NCBI GenBank assembly: GCA_025358705.1
Contig: JANYII010000073.1
Location: 1 to 45,258, forward strand
Reading direction: 5' to 3'
Origin: Betaproteobacteria bacterium
GTDB lineage: Bacteria > Pseudomonadota > Gammaproteobacteria > Burkholderiales > SG8-39
DNA length: 45,258 nucleotides
Made by a program: the position numbers and the translations under genes. The notes below the pieces were generated by a model. That model was not told the DNA's origin. It saw only the letters and a program-made list of their open reading frames with translations, and made no database searches. The first letter of the stretch is position 1; each line of letters opens with the position of its first letter. Shown one piece after another: positions 37,004 through 43,241 of this stretch.

Positions 37004-38232
37004 ATTTTCCCTCACGGAACTTTGCGCTGGTTCACCGGCTCTCAGGTATTGCGCTGGCGCTGTTCCTGCCGCTGCATTTCTGGGCGCTGGGGCAGGCGCT
37101 GCAGGGAGATGCGAAGCTAGAATCCTTCCTGCGCTGGACCGACCAGCCGCTCGTCAAGGCAAGCGAGTGGGCCATCGTGCTGCTGCTGGCGATTCACCTT
37201 ACTGGAGGCGTAAGAATCCTCATGATCGAATTCCTGCCCTGGCGTGAATGGCAGAAAACCCTCGCTGCTGTCGCGGCAGCGACGGCGTTGGCGATCGGCC
37301 TCCTGTTTGCGCTTTCGTCCACCGCGCATGCGCAGAACTGGCCCCAAAAATCCGTGCGCTTCATCGTGCCGTTCCCGCCCGGCGGCGCGACCGACATTTC
37401 GGCGCGCATGGTCGGCCAGAAACTGGCCGAGATCTGGGGACAGACCGTGGTCATCGAGAATCGCGGCGGCGCGGGCGGCGGCGTCGGCGCGGCGGAGGCG
37501 GCGCGCGCCGCGCCCGATGGCTACACCTTCTTCTTTCCCTCGGGTTCGGTGATGACGGCCAACCAGCACATCTACGCCAAGATGGCCTACAACCCGGAGA
37601 AGGATTTCGTGCCGGTCACCAACGTGGTGTCGGGCCCGCAGGTGCTGGTGGTGGCCGCGAACTCGCCCTACAAGAGCGTCAAGGAACTGATTGATGCCGC
37701 CAGGGCGCAGCCGGGCAAGCTGACCTTCGGCCATGCCGGGATCGGCTCGCAGACGCATCTCGCCGCGGAAAACTTCGTCAATGCAGCCGGGATCAATGCG
37801 GTGCAGGTGCCCTACAAGGGCGAAGGCCCGTCGCTGGTGGGCCTGGTCGGCGGCGACACCACTTTCGCCGTCACCAACGTCGCGGCTGCGATCGGCCACA
37901 TCGGTTCGGGGCGCCTGCGCGCGCTCGGCGTGACGAGCAAGGTGGAGTTCGCGCAACTGCCAGGCGTGCCGCCGATCGCGAAGACCCTGCCGGGCTTCGA
38001 GAACACCGGCTGGTTCGGCATCGTCGCGCCCACCGGCACTTCCAGGGACATCATCCAGAAGGTGTACCAGGACACGAAGAAGGCGCTCGAATCCACCGAG
38101 ATGCGGGCGCGCCTCTATGTGCAGGGGCTCGCGCCCGTCGGCAATACGCCCGAGGAGATGGGCCACGCCATGAAGGAAGAAACCGCGTTGTGGGCGCGTG
38201 TGGTGCGGGAACGGAACATCAAAGTAGAGTGA
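37000..38232 (+). CDS. In-frame fusion of an SdhC-like cytochrome b556 anchor (N-terminal ~105 aa) and a Bug/TctC solute-binding domain (C-terminal ~300 aa)
   Basis: ATGA overlap with the sdhD-like stop. LVHRLSGIALALF and AIHLTGGVRILMIEF align with E. coli SdhC ILHRVSGVITFVA and AYHVVVGIRHLMMDF. There is no stop after the third helix. The ORF continues as AHA-QNWPQKSVRFIVPFPPGGATD, a complete Bug domain. Confidence 0.8.
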   Translation: MNFPSRNFALVHRLSGIALALFLPLHFWALGQALQGDAKLESFLRWTDQPLVKASEWAIVLLLAIHLTGGVRILMIEFLPWREWQKTLAAVAAATALAIGLLFALSSTAHAQNWPQKSVRFIVPFPPGGATDISARMVGQKLAEIWGQTVVIENRGGAGGGVGAAEAARAAPDGYTFFFPSGSVMTANQHIYAKMAYNPEKDFVPVTNVVSGPQVLVVAANSPYKSVKELIDAARAQPGKLTFGHAGIGSQTHLAAENFVNAAGINAVQVPYKGEGPSLVGLVGGDTTFAVTNVAAAIGHIGSGRLRALGVTSKVEFAQLPGVPPIAKTLPGFENTGWFGIVAPTGTSRDIIQKVYQDTKKALESTEMRARLYVQGLAPVGNTPEEMGHAMKEETALWARVVRERNIKVE

Positions 38233-39104
38233 GAGTCGATCTGCAGCAGGTCGAGGAGGCCGCCAAGGAACTCTACATCCGGGCGCTTAAGCTGCTGCCG
38301 CCCGACATCAAGCAGGGCTTCGACCGGCTCGTGGCGGACGAGTCGAACGCCGGCGCGCAGCGCGTGCTGGGCACCATGTTGAAGAACATCACGGTTGCCG
38401 AAGATACGCAGACGCTCCTGTGCCAGGACACCGGCATCCCGATCTACAACGTGCGCATCGGCCGCGGCGTCGAGGTGGACGGTTTCGGGCTGCAGGAGGC
38501 GATCCGGCGCGGCTGCGCGCGTTCGACGCGCGAATATTCGTTCCGCTCCTCGATCGTGCATCCGACCACGCGCGTCAACGACCAGACCTCCACCGGGCGG
38601 GGCGTGCCGATCATCCACGTTGAATTCGCGGACCGGGAAAACATCCTGGAGATCGAGATGATCCCCAAGGGCTCCGGCTCGGAAAACAATTCCTGGCTGA
38701 AGATGGCGATTCCCGCCGAGGGTATCGACGCGATCAAGACCTTCGTCATCGACTGCGTGCTCGATGCGGGCGGCAAGACCTGCCCGCCGACCATCGTCGG
38801 CGTGGGCGTCGGCGGCACCTCGGACCTGTGCGTGCACCTGGCCAAGCAGGCGGCGACGCGCGCGCTGGGCTCGCGCTGCGAGGATCCCGAGGGTGCAAAG
38901 CTCGAGGAAGCGCTGACGCGCGCGGTCAACATGCTGGGTGTCGGGCCGCAGGGCCTGGGCGGCGATTCGACCGCCTTCGCGGTGCATGTCGAAACCGCCG
39001 CGACGCATATCACCATGAACCCGGTGGCGGTGAACATGCAGTGCCACTCTGCGAGGCGCGCGCGCGTCACGTTCCGGCCGGGAGGCATGGAATATGGTTT
39101 TTAG
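38229..39104 (+). CDS. Fe-S hydro-lyase alpha subunit, tartrate/fumarate (class I fumarase/TtdA) family
   Basis: GTGA overlap. 291 aa. LCQDTGIPIY, IPKGSGSENNS and GGKTCPPTIVGVGVGGTSD (Cys ligands) are typical of the N-terminal catalytic domain of class I hydro-lyases. Confidence 0.85.
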   Translation: MRVDLQQVEEAAKELYIRALKLLPPDIKQGFDRLVADESNAGAQRVLGTMLKNITVAEDTQTLLCQDTGIPIYNVRIGRGVEVDGFGLQEAIRRGCARSTREYSFRSSIVHPTTRVNDQTSTGRGVPIIHVEFADRENILEIEMIPKGSGSENNSWLKMAIPAEGIDAIKTFVIDCVLDAGGKTCPPTIVGVGVGGTSDLCVHLAKQAATRALGSRCEDPEGAKLEEALTRAVNMLGVGPQGLGGDSTAFAVHVETAATHITMNPVAVNMQCHSARRARVTFRPGGMEYGF

Positions 39105-39660
39105 GGTCCTGCTGCTGTTCTTCATCGCGTTGCCGTCCTTCGGCGCGGAAGTCGCCGGCGTAACGATTCCCGACACGGACCAGCAGCTGGTGCTGAACGG
39201 CGCAGGACTGCGCAAGCGCGCGTTCTTCCAGGTCTACGCCATCGGGCTTTACCTTTCCCAGAAGAAAACATCTGCCGTCGATGCGATCAATGCGGCGGGA
39301 CCGAAGCGCGTCGCGCTGCACATGCTGCGCGACGTGGATGCCGACCAGCTGTCCGGCGCGCTCGCCGACAGCATCAGGGACAACCTGAGCGAGTCCGAGG
39401 TAAAGGCGCTCGAGCCGCGCGTGAAGCAGCTCGTGGCGATCATGGCCGACATGAGGGAAGCGAGGAAGGGCATGCGCATCACGCTTGACTGGCTGCCGGC
39501 CGCGGGGACCCAGGTGACAGTGGAGGGCAAGCCGGCAGGCGCGCCGATTCCCGGCGACGATTTCTATCGCGCCCTGCTGAAGATCTGGCTGGGCGACAAG
39601 CCGGTGCAGGACGACCTGAAGAGGGCGCTGCTAGGTGAAATGCGCGGAGAGAAGCAGTAA
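39094..39660 (+). CDS. Secreted chalcone-isomerase-like (Chalcone_3 type) protein
   Basis: Signal peptide MVFRVLLLFFIALPSFGA-EVAG. LNGAGLRKRAFFQVYAIGLYL and FYRALLKIWLGDKPVQDDLKRALLG are hallmark CHI-like segments. Overlaps the alpha-subunit gene by 11 nt. Confidence 0.7.
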   Translation: MVFRVLLLFFIALPSFGAEVAGVTIPDTDQQLVLNGAGLRKRAFFQVYAIGLYLSQKKTSAVDAINAAGPKRVALHMLRDVDADQLSGALADSIRDNLSESEVKALEPRVKQLVAIMADMREARKGMRITLDWLPAAGTQVTVEGKPAGAPIPGDDFYRALLKIWLGDKPVQDDLKRALLGEMRGEKQ

Positions 39661-39662
39661 CC

Positions 39663-40271
39663 ATGGCGCACCATGAACTCAGTCCGGCACTGACCGAGAC
39701 GCAGGCGCGCGCGCTGCGCGTCAACGATACGGTGACGCTGAACGGCACGCTGTTCGGCATCCGCGACGCGACGCAGATCCACATGTTCGACCGCGGCCGC
39801 AAGACGCGCTTCGATCTCTCGGGCCACGCGGTCATCCACACCGCGCCCAACGTGAAGAAAGTCGAAAAGAGCGCCGCCTTTCCGGCCGGATATCAGCCTT
39901 CATGCATCGGCACCACCACCAGCGACCGCATGGAGCGCTTCACGCGGCCGCTCCTAGCGGAATATGGGGTAAGGCTGGTGATCGGCAAGGGCGGCCTGCG
40001 CGACGATTCAATGAAGGCTTTTGGTGAAATGGGTGGCGCCTACCTCGCGATCGTCGGCGGCGCGGCCGCGCTGGAGACGACCTGGGTGGAAGCGATCGAG
40101 GACGTGGACCTGGACGACTTGCATCCGGAATCGCTGTGGAAATTCCGCGTGCGCGGTTTCGGGCCGCTGGTGGTCGCCATGGACAGCCACGGCGGCAGCC
40201 TCTACTCGATGGTGAACCAGGCCGCGCGCGAGCAGCGCGCGGCGGCATTGCGCGCATTGGGCGTGCGGTAA
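39663..40271 (+). CDS. Fe-S hydro-lyase beta subunit, tartrate/fumarate (class I fumarase C-terminal/TtdB) family
   Basis: 202 aa. GTLFGIRDATQIHM, IGTTTSDRME and VIGKGGL motifs of the swivel-domain beta subunit. Starts 2 nt after the CHI-like stop. Confidence 0.85.
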   Translation: MAHHELSPALTETQARALRVNDTVTLNGTLFGIRDATQIHMFDRGRKTRFDLSGHAVIHTAPNVKKVEKSAAFPAGYQPSCIGTTTSDRMERFTRPLLAEYGVRLVIGKGGLRDDSMKAFGEMGGAYLAIVGGAAALETTWVEAIEDVDLDDLHPESLWKFRVRGFGPLVVAMDSHGGSLYSMVNQAAREQRAAALRALGVR

Positions 40272-40295
40272 AATCAAAAAACGATTGGAGAAAAA

Positions 40296-41258
40296 ATGAG
40301 AAGAATTCTGAGCGTCCTGGCGGCTGCCGCCGTGGTGGTTTCCGGAGCGGCCGTTGCGCAGCCCAAGGTGAACCTTTCGATCGCCACCGGCCCCACTGGC
40401 GGCGTGTACTACCCGCTCGGCGGCGGTCTTGCCAACGTGTTGTCCAAGTACGTTCCAGGCTATGCCGCCAACTCCGAAGCGACGGCGGGATCGGTCGCCA
40501 ACATCCAGCTCATGGACCAGAAGAAGTCGGATGTCGCATTCACGATGGCGGATGCGGCCTGGGATGGCTACAAGGCGCAGGGCAAGTTCGCGGCCGGCGC
40601 GGTGCCGCTGCGCACGCTGATGGTCGCCTACCCGAACCGCATGCACGTCGTCACGATCGAGGGCCGCGGCATCGAGAAGCTCGCCGACCTCAAGGGCAAG
40701 CGCGTATCGACGGGCGCGCCGAACAGCGCCACGGAACTCATGACGCAGCGCCTGCTGGAGGCGGTCGGCATGGACATGACCAAGGATTTCCGCCGCGAGC
40801 GCCTGACGCCGGAGAAATCAGTGGATGCGATCAAGGACGGCAAGCTGGACGCGGTTTTCTTTGTTGCCGGCATCCCGGTGTCCTCGTTCACCGACCTGGG
40901 CGCGACGCCCGGCACCAAGATCAAGCTGATCGACCATGCCGAGGCGGTGGCGCCGATGAACGCGAAATACGGCCCGCTCTACATCACCGACGTGATTCCG
41001 GCGAAGTCCTATCCCGGCCAGGAGAAGGTGAACAATGTAGCGACGGTCCAGAACCTGATCATCGCGCGCGAGGACATGCCCGTTGACGTCGCCTACAACA
41101 TCGTCAAGGTGATCTTCGAGAGGAAGGACGACTTGGTCGCGGTGCACAAGGAAGCGCTTAGCTTCGACCTGAAGAACCAGACCAAGACGGGCTCGCCGAT
41201 CCCGTACCATCCGGGCGCGATCAAGTATTTCGCCGAGAAGGGCATCAAAGTCAACTGA
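40296..41258 (+). CDS. TAXI-family TRAP transporter solute-binding protein
   Basis: Signal peptide MRRILSVLAAAAVVVSGAAVA-Q. IATGPTGGVYYPLGGGLA and TAGSVANIQLM are TAXI hallmarks. 320 aa. Confidence 0.9.
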   Translation: MRRILSVLAAAAVVVSGAAVAQPKVNLSIATGPTGGVYYPLGGGLANVLSKYVPGYAANSEATAGSVANIQLMDQKKSDVAFTMADAAWDGYKAQGKFAAGAVPLRTLMVAYPNRMHVVTIEGRGIEKLADLKGKRVSTGAPNSATELMTQRLLEAVGMDMTKDFRRERLTPEKSVDAIKDGKLDAVFFVAGIPVSSFTDLGATPGTKIKLIDHAEAVAPMNAKYGPLYITDVIPAKSYPGQEKVNNVATVQNLIIAREDMPVDVAYNIVKVIFERKDDLVAVHKEALSFDLKNQTKTGSPIPYHPGAIKYFAEKGIKVN

Positions 41259-43241
41259 GTGGCTGAAATCGATGCCGGCGCTCTCAAAAAGGCCGAAGAG
41301 TTCGTAGAGCAGGAAGAAGGGGCGACCCACCGGTTCGCCGGCTGGTGGGGGACGGCGCTATTCGCAGTCGCCGTCGCGATGTCGGTGTTCCACCTGTATG
41401 CGGCGTACGGCAACATCACCACTACCACGCTGCGCTACGCGCACGTGGCCTTCATCCTGTTCCTGTCGTTCACCCTGTTTCCGTGGCGCCCGCGGGCGCG
41501 GCACCACTTCTCCTGGGGAGATCTCGTGCTTGCGCTGCTAAGCGTGGCCTGCATGGTCTACGCCGTGTGGGGCGGCGATGACTTCCTGGACCGAAGCACG
41601 CTGCCGAACACCTGGGACAACATCATGGGTGTCGCGCTCGTGGTGCTGGTGCTGGAAGCGGCGCGGCGCACCACCGGCTGGATCATGCCGCTGGTGGTGG
41701 TGGCATTCCTCGCCTACTCGATGGTGGGGCCATGGCTGCCCGCGCCGTGGACGCACCGCGGTTACGACATCGGCAGGCTGGTCGGCACGATGTACATGAC
41801 GCTGGAGGGCATTTTCGGCACCGCGGTGGACGTGTCCTCGACGCTGATCATCCTGTTCACGATTTACGGCGCGATCCTGCAATTCTCGGGCGCTGGCAAG
41901 TTCTACCTTGATTTTTCCTTCGCCGCGCTGGGGCGCAAGCCCACCGGCGCCGGCCGCACCATCGTGCTTGCTTCTTTCCTGCTGGGCGGCCCCTCGGGTT
42001 CCGGGGTCGCGACCACGGTCACGCTCGGCACGGTGGCCTACCCGATGCTCGCGAAGGCAGGGTACGAGAAGAACGCCGCGGGTGGCCTGCTGGCCGCGGG
42101 CGGCCTGGGCGCGATCCTGTCGCCGCCGGTGCTCGGGGCCGCCGCGTTCCTGATCGCCGAGTTCCTCAAGATCAGCTACCTGGACGTCATCAAGATGGCG
42201 GCGATCCCCACCTGCCTGTACTACCTGTCGCTGCTGCTCATGGTCGAGATCGACGCGCGCAAGTACGGCATGAAGATGGTCGACGTGAAGGGCGCGCAAA
42301 GCGTCTGGCAGCTGACGAAGACGCGGGGCTTTCACTTCACCTCGCTGATCGCGATCGTGGTGTTCATGCTGATCGGCTTTTCGCCGATCGGCTCGGTGTT
42401 CTGGGCCACGGTGGTGGCGTTCTTCGCCAGTTTCATCCACCGCGACTGCGCGCTGATCGATTTCGGGATGCTGGTGCGGCGGCCAAAGGGCTGGGTGGGC
42501 TCGCTGCTCACCGAATCGAAGATCATGAAGGCGCTGGAGGCGGGCTCGGTGGGCATGATCAACATCGGCGCGACCTGCGCGGCGGCGGGCCTGATCGTCG
42601 GCGTGGTGACGCTGACCGGCCTCGGCCTGCGCTTCTCGGAAATCGTCATCGGCTACGCCGGCGGCAACCTGGCGCTGACGGCGATCTTCACCGCGCTCAT
42701 CGTTTGGGTGATCGGCCTCGCGGTGCCGGTGACGGCGAGCTACATCATCTGCGCGGTGATCGCCGCGCCCGCGCTGATCAAGCTGGGCGTGCCGGACTAC
42801 GCGGCGCACATGTTCATTTTCTACTACGCAGTCCTGTCGGAAGTCTCGCCGCCGACTGCTTTGTCGCCTTTCGCGGCAGCGGCGATCACCGGCGGCGATC
42901 CCTACAAGACGACGCTGCAGTCCTGGAAGTACACGCTGCCGGCGTTCATCGTGCCGTTCATGTTCGTGCTCGACCCGATCGGCGTCGGCCTCCTGCTCTA
43001 CATCCCCAAGGGCGGCAGCTGGATGAGCGTGGTCGAGATCACGGTGCTCGCGGTGATCGCGCTGGTGGCGCTCGCCGCGGCGGCCGAGGGCTGGCTGTTC
43101 ACGAAAACCACGCTGCTCGAGCGCCTGGCGCTGATTGCCGCCGGCATCCTCGTGCTCACGCCCGTGGCACTGAACGACGCGATCGGCGTCGCGCTGCTCG
43201 GCGCAGTGATGGCGATCCAGTTCTTCAGATCCCGTGCGTGA
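41259..43241 (+). CDS. TRAP transporter fused permease (TAXI-associated DctQ-DctM fusion)
   Basis: GTG immediately follows the TAXI gene stop. 660 aa polytopic protein with an N-terminal acidic cytoplasmic segment, then more than 14 helices, as in TAXI-type fused permeases. Confidence 0.9.
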   Translation: MAEIDAGALKKAEEFVEQEEGATHRFAGWWGTALFAVAVAMSVFHLYAAYGNITTTTLRYAHVAFILFLSFTLFPWRPRARHHFSWGDLVLALLSVACMVYAVWGGDDFLDRSTLPNTWDNIMGVALVVLVLEAARRTTGWIMPLVVVAFLAYSMVGPWLPAPWTHRGYDIGRLVGTMYMTLEGIFGTAVDVSSTLIILFTIYGAILQFSGAGKFYLDFSFAALGRKPTGAGRTIVLASFLLGGPSGSGVATTVTLGTVAYPMLAKAGYEKNAAGGLLAAGGLGAILSPPVLGAAAFLIAEFLKISYLDVIKMAAIPTCLYYLSLLLMVEIDARKYGMKMVDVKGAQSVWQLTKTRGFHFTSLIAIVVFMLIGFSPIGSVFWATVVAFFASFIHRDCALIDFGMLVRRPKGWVGSLLTESKIMKALEAGSVGMINIGATCAAAGLIVGVVTLTGLGLRFSEIVIGYAGGNLALTAIFTALIVWVIGLAVPVTASYIICAVIAAPALIKLGVPDYAAHMFIFYYAVLSEVSPPTALSPFAAAAITGGDPYKTTLQSWKYTLPAFIVPFMFVLDPIGVGLLLYIPKGGSWMSVVEITVLAVIALVALAAAAEGWLFTKTTLLERLALIAAGILVLTPVALNDAIGVALLGAVMAIQFFRSRA

